Of a stretch of DNA of 64,000 nucleotides, positions 19,239 through 28,495 are shown one piece after another. The stretch's first letter is position 1. The number at the start of each line of letters is the position of its first letter. The stretch is from Dehalococcoidia bacterium (lineage in GTDB: Bacteria; Chloroflexota; Dehalococcoidia; Lucifugimonadales; CAZENU01), in assembly GCA_965222125.1 (NCBI GenBank), contig CBDCTC010000006.1:1375010-1439009 (forward strand). Direction: 5' to 3'. The position numbers and the translations under genes are program-made. The notes under the pieces are model-generated. The model saw only the letters and a list, made by a program, of their open reading frames with translations, was not told where the DNA came from and made no database searches.

Positions 19239-20630
19239 ATGACCCACCGGATCATACCAACACGCCTACTCGTCCTCGTCGCCGTCGTTCTCGCCTCCCT
19301 GATCGCGGCGTGCGGCACGGACGTCGAGTCGACGCCTCCCGCCGGGGAGCCCCAGGGAGCGGCGTCGGCGAGCGCCCCGACCGCTTCGCCGACCGCGCTC
19401 GCTTCGCCGACCGCCGCTGCTCAGACCGCGCCCGCCCCGCCGGCCAAGGCCAAGCCGGCCGCCGATGCCCGGAGCAGCCTGACTGAGCTCACCGACGCCT
19501 CGTGGGCGTTCCTGCAGCTGCTGACGAACGAGTTCAGCCCCCGTGAGAGCGCCACCGATCAGGAGCGCGTGGCGGCCGACTTCCTGGTGTCCGAGCTGGA
19601 GGCGTTGGGACTGGAGGCGGTCCTGCAGCCCTTCACGGTCGAGGTGCTGGACAGGGACGTCCCCGTGCTGTCGATCGACGGCACGGAGGAGCTCGACCTG
19701 GGCGGCATCCCCCTGCGACTCTCGGCCGAGGGCCGGGTGACGGGGGCGCTGGTCGACGTAGGGCTTGCGTTTCCCGAGGACGTCGATCCCGAGCGGCTCC
19801 GCGGGAAGATAGCGTTGATCCAGAGGGGGACGTTGACCTTCCAGGCCAAGGTGCGCCGTGTGCAGGAGGCGGGCGCCGTCGCCGCCGTGATCTACAACGA
19901 CTGGCCTGGACGCTTTGCCGGCCGTCTCTCGACCGCCTCCGAAATTCCGGCGATCTCAATCTCGCAGGAGAATGGAGAGGCCATCAAGGCCCGGATGGCG
20001 GACGGAGAGGTCACGGCGACGGTGTCGACCGTGCTGGAGACGGCGGACTCCCAGAACGTCGTGCTGAAGGTGCCGAGCGATTCTTCAGGCGGCCGCGTGG
20101 TCGTCCTGGGAGCCCACTATGACACGACTCCCGGCACCCAGGGCGCCAACGACAACGGCTCCGGCGCGGCCGCGTTGATGACGATTATCCGAGAGATCGC
20201 CGACGAGGAATTCCCGTTCGATCTGTGGTTCGTGCTGTTCGGCGCCGAGGAGATCGGCCTCTTCGGCAGCCAGCACTTCGTCGCCAGCCTGACCATGGAG
20301 GAGCGGGACTCGATTGTTGCGATGTTGAACTTCGACGTGGTCGGGACCGGCGAGTTCGCCGAGGTCATAGGCGACGACGACCTGGTGGACGCCGCGATAG
20401 CGCACGGGGCGGCCCTGGGCATCGAGGTGCGCCGCGGCGTGCCCCTGGAAGGCGCCAGAAGCGATCACGCGCCGTTCAGGGTCGTCGGCATCCCCGTGGC
20501 CTTCTTCCTGGCCGACGATCTTCAGCGCATCAATTCTCCGGCCGACACGATAGAGTTCGTGCGCCCGGAGCTGCTCGGGATCGCGTCGGCGATCGGCTTG
20601 GGCGTCCTCGACACTCTCGCCGAACGCTAA
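19239..20630 (+). CDS. M28 family metallopeptidase with PA domain, lipoprotein
   Basis: Has a lipobox (LIAACG) and a PA domain (GKIALIQRGTLTFQAKVRRVQEAGAVAAVIYN). M28 metal-ligand motifs are present: GAHYDT, ANDNGSG, FGAEEIGLFGS. Confidence 0.8.
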   Translation: MTHRIIPTRLLVLVAVVLASLIAACGTDVESTPPAGEPQGAASASAPTASPTALASPTAAAQTAPAPPAKAKPAADARSSLTELTDASWAFLQLLTNEFSPRESATDQERVAADFLVSELEALGLEAVLQPFTVEVLDRDVPVLSIDGTEELDLGGIPLRLSAEGRVTGALVDVGLAFPEDVDPERLRGKIALIQRGTLTFQAKVRRVQEAGAVAAVIYNDWPGRFAGRLSTASEIPAISISQENGEAIKARMADGEVTATVSTVLETADSQNVVLKVPSDSSGGRVVVLGAHYDTTPGTQGANDNGSGAAALMTIIREIADEEFPFDLWFVLFGAEEIGLFGSQHFVASLTMEERDSIVAMLNFDVVGTGEFAEVIGDDDLVDAAIAHGAALGIEVRRGVPLEGARSDHAPFRVVGIPVAFFLADDLQRINSPADTIEFVRPELLGIASAIGLGVLDTLAER

Positions 20631-20640
20631 ACCGACCCGC

Positions 20641-21255
20641 CTACCTGAGGCTGAACGGCGGGTACTTGTCCGTCAGGCCGGCCAGCCATGCGTTCGTCCT
20701 GTAGGACCACCGCTGGACCCCGCTGACGAAGTTGAACAGCGCGCTGGAGTAGCGGCCCGTTATGAGCGCTATCCAGTACCCGATGTAGATGGCGATGAAG
20801 CCTACGATCCCCAGAGCGTACAGCACGATCAGGTGCGGGACGAGGAGGATGATCTTGGCGAAGAAGAGTGCTCCCAGAAGCGCCCGCCACCTCGACGGGG
20901 ACTCCGGATAGTCGACCTCGAACGTCGCAGGGTAGTCCGGATCGGTTAGGCTGAAGGGCGGATAGCTGTCCGCAAGGCCGTACAGCCACGAGTCCGTCCT
21001 GGCGGACCATCGCTGGACACCGACAAGTAAGCTGAACAGTCCTTCGGGGTATTTCCCGGTTATGAGCACCGCCCAGTACCCGATGTACATCGCGACAAAG
21101 GCCGCGAGGCCCAGGAAGTAAAGGATAACCAGGTGCGGGACCAGGAGGACTATCTTGGCGAAGAAGAGGACCCCCAGCAGCGCCCGCCATCTCGACGAGG
21201 ATTCCGGATAATCGACTTCGAACCTCATTGGGTAGTCACCGCCGGTTGTAGTCAT
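20641..21255 (-). CDS. DUF4389-like membrane protein, two tandem domains
   Basis: Two roughly 90-aa repeats, each of the form EVDYPES.SRWRALLG.LFFAKI.LLVPHL..LY.LG...F.A.YIGYW..LITG.Y......VQRWS.RT..WL.GL.D.YPPFSL. I chose the start ATG at 21255, which has a GGGGGAGAG upstream. Confidence 0.65.
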   Translation of the reverse strand: MTTTGGDYPMRFEVDYPESSSRWRALLGVLFFAKIVLLVPHLVILYFLGLAAFVAMYIGYWAVLITGKYPEGLFSLLVGVQRWSARTDSWLYGLADSYPPFSLTDPDYPATFEVDYPESPSRWRALLGALFFAKIILLVPHLIVLYALGIVGFIAIYIGYWIALITGRYSSALFNFVSGVQRWSYRTNAWLAGLTDKYPPFSLR

Positions 21256-21425
21256 GGTCGCTCTCCCCCAAGGTGATTTCGCCACAGACTGCCACGTCTT
21301 GTCGTAAATTGCAAACCCGGCCGCGGGTGGAGACCTTAAAGGGCGGCAACAAAGCGAAAGGGCGGCAACAAAGCGCGGCAACGTCGCGGGGCCAGGCGGT
21401 GTCATCTAACCTGGACTCTCGATAT

Positions 21426-21470
21426 CTGGATTCCGGCTCAAGGCCGGATGACGGTTGTGCGAAGGTCTCC
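21426..21470 (+). repeat. REP-like element (same family as 27947-28440)
   Basis: CTGGATTCCGGCtcaagGCCGGATGACGGTTGTGCGAAGGTCTCC closely matches the reverse complement of 28300-28345. Confidence 0.6.
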
Positions 21471-21560
21471 GGGTGCGCGGGTCTAACTATGCCTTCCCGC
21501 CGCCTGTGGTAGATTAGGCGTCCCGGACGAGCTGGTCGGAAGCGAGAGAGGACAGGAGCC

Positions 21561-22505
21561 ATGGAGTACCGGACCCTGGGCCGCACCGGGTTCGAGGTGT
21601 CGCTGTTGAGCCTTGGGTCGGGCGGCGCCCGCACGCTGGGGCAGGCGCTCGGCTACAGCCAGGACCAGCAGACGGCGTTGGTTCGACGCGCGCTCGACCT
21701 GGGGGTGAACCTGATAGACACCTCCGCGGTGTACGGTGACTCGGAGGCGATCTTGGGCCGCGCGCTGGCGGGCGTGCCCAGGAACTCGTACCTCCTGACG
21801 ACCAAGTGGCTGGCGCTGGAGGACGGCAAGCTCGTGCCGGACCCGGCCCTGCTGACCAGCGGCGTCGAGGAGAGCCTGTCCCGCCTGCGGACCGACTACG
21901 TCGACATCATGATGTTCCACGGCCCGCTGCCGGACGAGTACCCCGACGTCGTAGACAAGGTCTACCCGGCGATGGAGCGCCTGCGCGAGCAGGGCAAAGT
22001 CAGGGCCGTCGGCATCAGCACCCGCTACGTCGTGGACCCCGCGCAGGTCACGGCCGATCTCGCGCTCGAGCGGGACCCTGAGCTGTTCGACGTCGTCATG
22101 CTCAAGTACGGCATCCTGAACCAGCACGCCGCGGTACGGATGTTGCCGCGGGCCATCGAGCACAACGTCGGTATCATGAACATGGCCGCCATTCGTGAGA
22201 AGCTCCCGGACCACGCACTGCTGGAGCAGCTCATGCGGGACTGGAAGGCCGCCGGCCTCGTCCCGGCCGACAGCCTGCCCGACAGAGACCCCCTGGGCTG
22301 GCTCGTCCACGACGACGTCGACGCTGTGGTGACCGCGGGCTACAAGTTCGGCGCCGACCATCCGGCCGTCGCGACGGTGATCACCGGGACCGCGAGCATC
22401 GGCCATCTCGAGGCGAATGCGGCTGCGCTCGAGACGCCCCGGCTTTCGCCGGATGACACGCGGCGCCTCAAAGACCTGTTCGGGCACATCGTCGAGTACG
22501 TCTGA
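21561..22505 (+). CDS. aldo/keto reductase
   Basis: Contains MEYRTLGRTGFEVSLLSLGSG, IDTSAVYGDSE and GISTRY, which are typical AKR motifs. Confidence 0.85.
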   Translation: MEYRTLGRTGFEVSLLSLGSGGARTLGQALGYSQDQQTALVRRALDLGVNLIDTSAVYGDSEAILGRALAGVPRNSYLLTTKWLALEDGKLVPDPALLTSGVEESLSRLRTDYVDIMMFHGPLPDEYPDVVDKVYPAMERLREQGKVRAVGISTRYVVDPAQVTADLALERDPELFDVVMLKYGILNQHAAVRMLPRAIEHNVGIMNMAAIREKLPDHALLEQLMRDWKAAGLVPADSLPDRDPLGWLVHDDVDAVVTAGYKFGADHPAVATVITGTASIGHLEANAAALETPRLSPDDTRRLKDLFGHIVEYV

Positions 22506-22626
22506 ACTGTGATTGACGTGATTTGGGGATTGGGATGATTGGTAGTCCCTCGTGGGCGCCCTCCCAGGCGGCGGTGGGGGACGGCTGAAAGTGCGGACGG
22601 TAAGCGCGAAGGCTGAGAGGAATGGG

Positions 22627-23679
22627 ATGAGGATCACAGACGTCAAAGCGGTCTATCCCCGCTGGGAGCACCTGCCCAAGGACGCGTGGCAGAGCCACTT
22701 CTGGCAGATCGTCGTGCGGGTGGAGTCGGACGCGGGCGTGGTTGGCCTCGGCTACGGCGGCGGCGGCCGACCGGCCGTATCGGTCGTGAACGAGCACATG
22801 CGCGAGCTTCTCGTCGGGCGCCTCGTCGAGTCGGTCGACGACATACGCGACACGTGGAACTGGCTCTACTACAAGTCGGTGCCCTACGGCAGGACCGGGA
22901 TTCCCGTCATGGCGCTCAGCGGCATCGACCTGGCCCTGTGGGACATGCTGGGGAAGGCGCAGGGCAGGCCCGTCTACGACCTGCTCGGCGGCCTGGCCGT
23001 CGACCGGGTCCGGGCGTACGCGACCTCGAAGGAGTTCGAGCGCGATCGTGACTCGGGCTACACGGCGGTGAAGGTCGGCACGGGCTTCTTCGGCCACGAC
23101 GGCGAGGCGGACCGGATTGTGAGCGAAGTAGCCGCCGCCAGGGAGACCTACGGCCCGGACGCGTTGGTCATGACCGACTGCGGCATGACCTGGAACGCGG
23201 CCGACGCACTGGACATGGCCGACCGGCTGGCGGACTACGACGTCTACTGGTTCGAGGACGTTCTCACGCCCGACCATCTCGACGAGCTGGCGGCCCTCAA
23301 GCCCAGGGTGAAGCCGGTTCTGCTGGTCGGCGGCGAGCACAACTACACGCACCACGACTTCGCGGCCATCGCCGAAGCGGGAGCGCTCGACCTGTGGCAG
23401 CCGGACATCACCTGGTGCGGCGGGATCACCGCCGGCCTGCGCATCGTGGAGCTGGCGCGTGACGCCGGCGTGCCCGTGGTGCCCCACCGCGGGGGCGAGA
23501 TATGGGGGCTGCACCTGCTGGCGGCAACCGGCTGCGGCGATCTGGCCGAGACGATGCCACACCGCTGGTCTCCGCCCCAGGACGAGCTGTGGTTCGACGA
23601 GCCCCGTCCTGTTAACGGGTTAATCGCGCCGCTGGACAGGCCCGGCTTCGGCGTGGTGCTGAACGAGGCCATGCTGTAG
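22627..23679 (+). CDS. enolase-superfamily dehydratase (mandelate racemase/muconate lactonizing family; L-rhamnonate-dehydratase-like)
   Basis: MRITDVKAVYP...VVRVESDAGVVGLGYGGGG, WFEDVL, GGEH, QPDITWCGGIT and DEPRPVNGLIAPLDRPGFGVVLN resemble the E. coli RhmD termini. I chose the start ATG at 22627. Confidence 0.65.
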   Translation: MRITDVKAVYPRWEHLPKDAWQSHFWQIVVRVESDAGVVGLGYGGGGRPAVSVVNEHMRELLVGRLVESVDDIRDTWNWLYYKSVPYGRTGIPVMALSGIDLALWDMLGKAQGRPVYDLLGGLAVDRVRAYATSKEFERDRDSGYTAVKVGTGFFGHDGEADRIVSEVAAARETYGPDALVMTDCGMTWNAADALDMADRLADYDVYWFEDVLTPDHLDELAALKPRVKPVLLVGGEHNYTHHDFAAIAEAGALDLWQPDITWCGGITAGLRIVELARDAGVPVVPHRGGEIWGLHLLAATGCGDLAETMPHRWSPPQDELWFDEPRPVNGLIAPLDRPGFGVVLNEAML

Positions 23680-23692
23680 GAGGAGAATCGGA

Positions 23693-24835
23693 GTGAGCGA
23701 CAGCATCGTCCTCGACAGGGTGGAGTTCGCCGCGGTTCGGGTGAACCAGAACACCGAGTGGGGCCTCGCCGAGGTGTTCGACCGCGACGGCGCGAGCGCC
23801 GTGGCCGAGTTCGTCGAGAGGGCCGGCGAGCCGAACGTCGCGGACCTCATAGCCGAGCTCGTCGGCTCGCTGGCCGGGAAGAGTCTGGAGAGCGACGAGT
23901 CCGTCGCCGATGCCGCGTGCGTCGACGAGAGCCGGTTCAAGCCGTTCGGCGGGCCAGCTATCGCCGTCAGCGCCGTACGCTCGGCTGTGACCATCCTGCA
24001 GGCTGTACACGCCGGAGTCAGCCTGACGGAGCAGCTCGGGGGTTCGCCGAAGGACAGCGTCGAGCTGTACGCCAATATCAACCGGGCGCTGCTGGGCGGG
24101 GAACGGTCGCCCGCAGGCTTCGGCAGGATGGCCGAACGGATGGCCGCCAGGGGGTTTCGCACCATCAAGTGCGCCCCTTTCGACGAGGTCGACGCGTCGA
24201 AGACGGGCCCGGACGCCGTGCGCGCGGCCCGCGTCGGGATCGAGAGGGTCGCGGCCGTACGCTCCGCCATCGGGCCTGACGTGCGGCTGCTGGTCGACTG
24301 TCACCGGCGGTTCGACCTGGAGAGCGCCCTGGTCGTCGCGGACGAGCTGTCCAGGCTGGACATCGGCTGGTTCGAGGAGCCGGTCGACACGGAGACGGAG
24401 CAGGACGACATGGCGGAGATAGCGCGTCGGGTGTCGATGCCGGTCGCCGGCGGGGAGTCGCTGTACGGCGCCGCGGCCTTCGAGGGGCTGATGCAAAAGC
24501 GCTCGGCGCACGTCATCATGCCCGACGTCATGTTCTGCGGCGGGGCCGCCGAGGCCCACAGGGCCGGCCTGCTCGCCGACCGCATGGGCGTCGGCTTCTC
24601 GCCGCACAGTCCGTCCGGGACGGTGTCGCTGCTGACCAGCGGCCACGTCTGCGCGGCCGCGCAGAAAGCGATGCCACTCGAGCACGCGGTCGAGGAGGCC
24701 CAGTGGCGTCACGAGCTGCTGGACCCGCCGGAGCGGGTCGAGGACAGCCGGCTGTGGCTGGACCCCGGGCCGGGGCTCGGCGCCGCCCCCAACTGGGCGG
24801 TGATCGAGCGCCGGGGCCGCCGCTGGGCCCTGTAG
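23693..24835 (+). CDS. enolase-superfamily enzyme (mandelate racemase/muconate lactonizing family), substrate unknown
   Basis: Metal-ligand contexts are LLVDCHRRF, WFEEP and AGGES. GTG start with AGGAGGAG upstream. Confidence 0.75.
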   Translation: MSDSIVLDRVEFAAVRVNQNTEWGLAEVFDRDGASAVAEFVERAGEPNVADLIAELVGSLAGKSLESDESVADAACVDESRFKPFGGPAIAVSAVRSAVTILQAVHAGVSLTEQLGGSPKDSVELYANINRALLGGERSPAGFGRMAERMAARGFRTIKCAPFDEVDASKTGPDAVRAARVGIERVAAVRSAIGPDVRLLVDCHRRFDLESALVVADELSRLDIGWFEEPVDTETEQDDMAEIARRVSMPVAGGESLYGAAAFEGLMQKRSAHVIMPDVMFCGGAAEAHRAGLLADRMGVGFSPHSPSGTVSLLTSGHVCAAAQKAMPLEHAVEEAQWRHELLDPPERVEDSRLWLDPGPGLGAAPNWAVIERRGRRWAL

Positions 24836-24875
24836 GCGCTCCCCGCGGCGCGGCTGTCTGCTACCGTGGTTACCT

Positions 24876-25541
24876 GTGAGGACTGATCGTATGCGTCTCT
24901 GGTGGAAGAGCGGCATGGGCCACCGTGGGAAGCTGGCCGCGGCGCTCGCACTCGCGGTTGTCGTCGCGCTGGCGGCCATGGGAGTCGGGCTGCTGGTGGG
25001 ACTGGCGCTCGGCGGCGAGGAGGTCGGCGCTTACCCGACGCCCGAGGAGGCGGTCCAGCGGTACGTGGAGTCGACGAACGACCCTGGCACGGCTGCGGGC
25101 TACCATCTGAAGGGAACGCTGCCGGTCTGGAACGGCGCGCTCGTGGTCTACAGCCTGCCTGGGCCGCCGGGTACCGAGCTGCTCGGCTACCGGCTGGCCA
25201 AGCACGGCGGGTCCGGATGGAGAGCCGATACCGGCGTCGACTTCTCCATCGCGTCGCCGGCCGACCCGAACGCCGTGATCGAGTGGCACGTCGACTCCCG
25301 CGTCGACCACTCGCGGGACCTGAACGGGCCGGTCGAGACGGCCGTCGCCTTCGGGCGTATCAGCTTCAGCGGCGTCACGGTCGTCGAGGTGACGTTCGAC
25401 CAGGGCCAGACGCACCAGACGGCGCCCGGCGGCGGTTTCTTCGCGGTCGCCGCGGTCGGCGCGACCGACGTGCGGGTCATCCGGGCGCTCACCGCTGACG
25501 GCTCGGAGGTCATCGTGATCGATAGGACGGAGGCGAGGTAA
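24876..25541 (+). CDS. hypothetical membrane-anchored protein
   Basis: Has an N-terminal TM segment (LAAALALAVVVALAAMGVGLLVGLAL). No recognised domain. The coding frame is supported by GC3 and by tight spacing to ffh. Confidence 0.45.
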   Translation: MRTDRMRLWWKSGMGHRGKLAAALALAVVVALAAMGVGLLVGLALGGEEVGAYPTPEEAVQRYVESTNDPGTAAGYHLKGTLPVWNGALVVYSLPGPPGTELLGYRLAKHGGSGWRADTGVDFSIASPADPNAVIEWHVDSRVDHSRDLNGPVETAVAFGRISFSGVTVVEVTFDQGQTHQTAPGGGFFAVAAVGATDVRVIRALTADGSEVIVIDRTEAR

Positions 25542-25544
25542 CGG

Positions 25545-26876
25545 ATGTTCGAGGTACTTACCGAGAAGCTGGGCGCGACGTTCGGCAGGCTGAGCAACAA
25601 GGGCAGGCTGACCGAGAAAGACGTGGACGAGGCGCTGCGCGAGGTGCGCCTGGCGCTTCTGGAGGCGGACGTCAACTTCAGGGTGGCCCGTGAGTTGACC
25701 TCGCGAATCCGCGAGCGCGCCCTCGGCGACGAGGTTCTCAAGAGCCTCAGCCCCGGCCAGCAGGTGGTGAAGATCACCAACGAGGAGCTGACCGCGGTCC
25801 TGGGCGGCGGCGCCAAGCAGATCACGACCGCAGCCGCCCCGCCGTCGGTGATGCTCATGGTCGGCCTGAACGGGGCGGGAAAGACTACCGCGTCCGCCAA
25901 GATAGCCCACCGCCTCAAGGCCGCGGGCCAGGCGCCGCTGCTGGTCGCGGCCGACCTGCGCCGTCCGGCCGCAATCCAGCAGCTTCAGTCCCTCGGGGCC
26001 CAGATCGACGTCGAGGTGTACAGCGACGATCCGTCGAAGGAGACGGCCGCAGTCGCCCGCGACGGCGTGAAGCGGGGCGCCGAGGCCGGCGCCTCGTGGG
26101 TGATCGTCGACACCGCCGGCCGGTTCCAGATCGACGACGACCTGATGGGGGAGCTCGAGGACGTACGCAGCGCGGTCTCGCCGGTCGAGACGCTGCTGGT
26201 GGTCGACGCCATGACCGGCCAGGAGGCCGTCAACGTCGCGAACGAGTTCCACTCGCGCATCGGCCTGACGGGACTCGTGCTCACCAAGCTCGACGGCGAC
26301 GCCCGGGGCGGCGCCGCGCTGTCCGTCGTCTCGGTCACCGGCGTGCCGATCAAGTTCTTGGGCACCGGCGAGCGCGTGGATGCGCTGGAGGAGTTCCACC
26401 CCGACCGGCTCGCGTCGCGCATCCTGGGCATGGGCGACATGCTGACCCTGATCGAGAGGGCCCAGACGACCATCGACGAGGACCAGGCGGCCGAACTGGA
26501 GCGGAAGATGCGCCAGGCGACGTTCGACCTGGAGGACTTCCTGGCCCAGCTACAGCAGCTCAAGCGCATGGGCCCGTTGAGCCAGATCATGGAGATGGTG
26601 CCGGGGATGTCGTCCATCGCGGGGCGAATGTCCGAGGAGGGCCTGGAGGACGGCCAGATCCGGCGCGTCGAGGCCGTCATCCGGTCGATGACGCCGGAGG
26701 AGCGGCGGCGGCCTGAGATCATCGGAGGCAGCCGAAGACGCCGCATCGCCCGCGGCAGCGGATCGAAGCCCCAGGACGTCAACCAGCTTCTCAACCAGTT
26801 CCGACGCATGCAGAAGATGATGCGCCAGCTCGCCGCGGGCAAGCGTATGCCGGACCTGCGAAGCCTGCTGAGATAG
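25545..26876 (+). CDS. ffh: signal recognition particle protein Ffh
   Basis: Contains LTEKDVDEALREVRLALLEADVN, GLNGAGKTT, DTAGR and TKLDGDARGGAALS, followed by a Met-rich M domain. Confidence 0.97.
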   Translation: MFEVLTEKLGATFGRLSNKGRLTEKDVDEALREVRLALLEADVNFRVARELTSRIRERALGDEVLKSLSPGQQVVKITNEELTAVLGGGAKQITTAAAPPSVMLMVGLNGAGKTTASAKIAHRLKAAGQAPLLVAADLRRPAAIQQLQSLGAQIDVEVYSDDPSKETAAVARDGVKRGAEAGASWVIVDTAGRFQIDDDLMGELEDVRSAVSPVETLLVVDAMTGQEAVNVANEFHSRIGLTGLVLTKLDGDARGGAALSVVSVTGVPIKFLGTGERVDALEEFHPDRLASRILGMGDMLTLIERAQTTIDEDQAAELERKMRQATFDLEDFLAQLQQLKRMGPLSQIMEMVPGMSSIAGRMSEEGLEDGQIRRVEAVIRSMTPEERRRPEIIGGSRRRRIARGSGSKPQDVNQLLNQFRRMQKMMRQLAAGKRMPDLRSLLR

Positions 26877-26937
26877 GCGCCGGCGCCGCAGGCGGGGCTC
26901 GTGTAGCTCTGTCAGGATAACCGGGGAGGGAGACGGC

Positions 26938-27919
26938 TTGAACGCGACCGTGACCAACGACATAAGCCGTGCCGGCCTCAAGCTGGCCCGGGAGATAGCC
27001 CGCGTCTATTCGGGCGACCACAGGGTGCGCGCGGTCATCGTCGGGGGTCTGTGTCACGAGGCAGCGCCGACGCGCACTCGGACCTGGAGATCGGGGCGTT
27101 CTGGCACACGCCGCCGTTCGATGCGGAGCGGAGGGAAGCAGTCCGTCGAATGGGCTGCGAGACCGAGATATGGAGCTTCGGAGCCTTTGGCGGCGGCATG
27201 GCGAGCGAGAACATCGGACTGTCGGGGTTCACCATCGGGCCGAAGCACTACCTGGGTACCGCGATGTGTCCCCGATGCACACGACCGTCGAGACGACGGA
27301 ACGCTGTATCGAAGCCCTGATCGACGACCTCGACACTGCTCCGCGGAGCTACGGTCTAGCATCGTCTATCCACCATGGAACGCCGCTCTACGGGCATGAC
27401 CTGGTCGGAAAATGAAAGAGGAAGGTCGCCAGCTTCCCGGACCGCCTGGCGGTCAAGCTGGTGCAGCACGACATGTGGCTGGGCCCCTGGTTCAGGCCGA
27501 CCTCCTATGCGGCGCGGGCCGACCACCTGGTCCCCGCCCAGCACCTCGTCACGATGCAGCAGTCTATCGTCAACGTGCTGGCGGCCCTGAACCGGACGTA
27601 AGTGCCGTCGCCGGAGCACAAGTGGGTGGACCGGCTGATCGACGGTCTGCCGATCAAGCCGGCCGACTGCGCGGCCCGGCTCAAGGCGACTTTCGCGACG
27701 GGCGACCTGGGCCAGGCCTCGCGGGAGCTGATCGAGATGGGCATGGAGGTGATCGACCTCGTCGAGCTGCACCTGCCGGAGGTCGACGAGAGGTCCCTGT
27801 TCGACGGCCATCCCCACGTTGGCACGAGCTGGGCGAGACGGCGCTGGGACCCGTACCCCGCCTATACGCTGATGGACAACATCGCCCGTTGCGGCGGTCA
27901 GGAACAGCAGACCACATGA
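26938..27919 (+). pseudogene. nucleotidyltransferase-domain (DUF4037-like) gene, disrupted by 2 frameshifts and 2 in-frame stops
   Basis: The frame-1 peptide ...RAVIVGG continues in another frame as SVSRGSADAHSDLEIGAFW (the NTase GS..D.D motif), with the frameshift at the G5 run 27043-27047. A second frameshift lies near 27250-27270. In-frame stops are TGA at 27413-27415 and TAA at 27599-27601, after which homology-like coding continues to 27919. Confidence 0.7.
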
Positions 27920-27946
27920 AGCTGACCCCGTCGAACGCGTGACATT

Positions 27947-28440
27947 GACTTCCCCACCCCCTGGATTCCGGCTCGGGGGCCGGAATGACGACTACACTCG
28001 GCTCGGCAGGGAGGCTTAGATCACCGTCATGCCCACGAGAGCGGGCATCTACGGGCATCTAATGGTATGTAGGCTCACTCGTCCCATCAACTCCGTCGTA
28101 ACTGTTCAGTCTTGGTAGCGGAGCTACCTTGGGACCACCTTCGGAGACTTTGTCAGAACTCCAGACGTGGATTCCGTCTCGGCAGTGGCGGGCGCCATTG
28201 AGCTTGACCTCCCCACCCCTGGATTCCGGCTCGGGGGCCGGAATGACGACTACTCTCCACTCCGAGACGCAGACACACCCTCCCGTCATACCCGCGAAAG
28301 GAGACCTTTGCACAACCGTCCTTCCCGTGCAGGCGGGAATCCAGGTTTGGGGGTTCCCCGCTAGGAATGCTAGCCATCTCCGCCACGCTGTCTCCCCGCA
28401 ACGAGAGTTACGCAAAGGTCTCCGAAAGCGGGTATCCAGG
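27947..28440. repeat. cluster of REP-like palindromic elements (at least 5 copies, both orientations)
   Basis: Two near-identical ~52-nt copies lie at 27947-27999 and 28206-28257, with core CTGGATTCCGGCtcggggGCCGGAATGACGAC (perfect 8-bp stems at 27965-27986 and 28223-28244). A degenerate copy lies at 28167-28194, an inverted long-form copy at 28300-28345, and a partial copy at 28412-28440. Confidence 0.7.
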
Positions 28441-28495
28441 GTCGGGAGAAGCATTCGTCCCCTCAACTCTGAACAGTTACACTCCGTCAGACTTG

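Noticed and set aside
27413-27415. The in-frame TGA in the NTase/DUF4037-like gene as a possible selenocysteine codon.
   Set aside because: The same gene also carries a TAA and two frameshifts. The TGA does not align to a Cys motif that I can recognise, and I saw no matched downstream hairpin. A pseudogene is the simpler reading.
28380-28460. Possible SRP (4.5S) RNA next to ffh. TCTCCCCGCAACG and CCAGGGTCGGGAGAAGCA loosely resemble E. coli 4.5S segments.
   Set aside because: The invariant domain IV motif (GGUCCGGAAGGAAGCAGC with the GGAA tetraloop) is not present. The region is better explained as REP-like repeat copies and the tRNA-Ser promoter.
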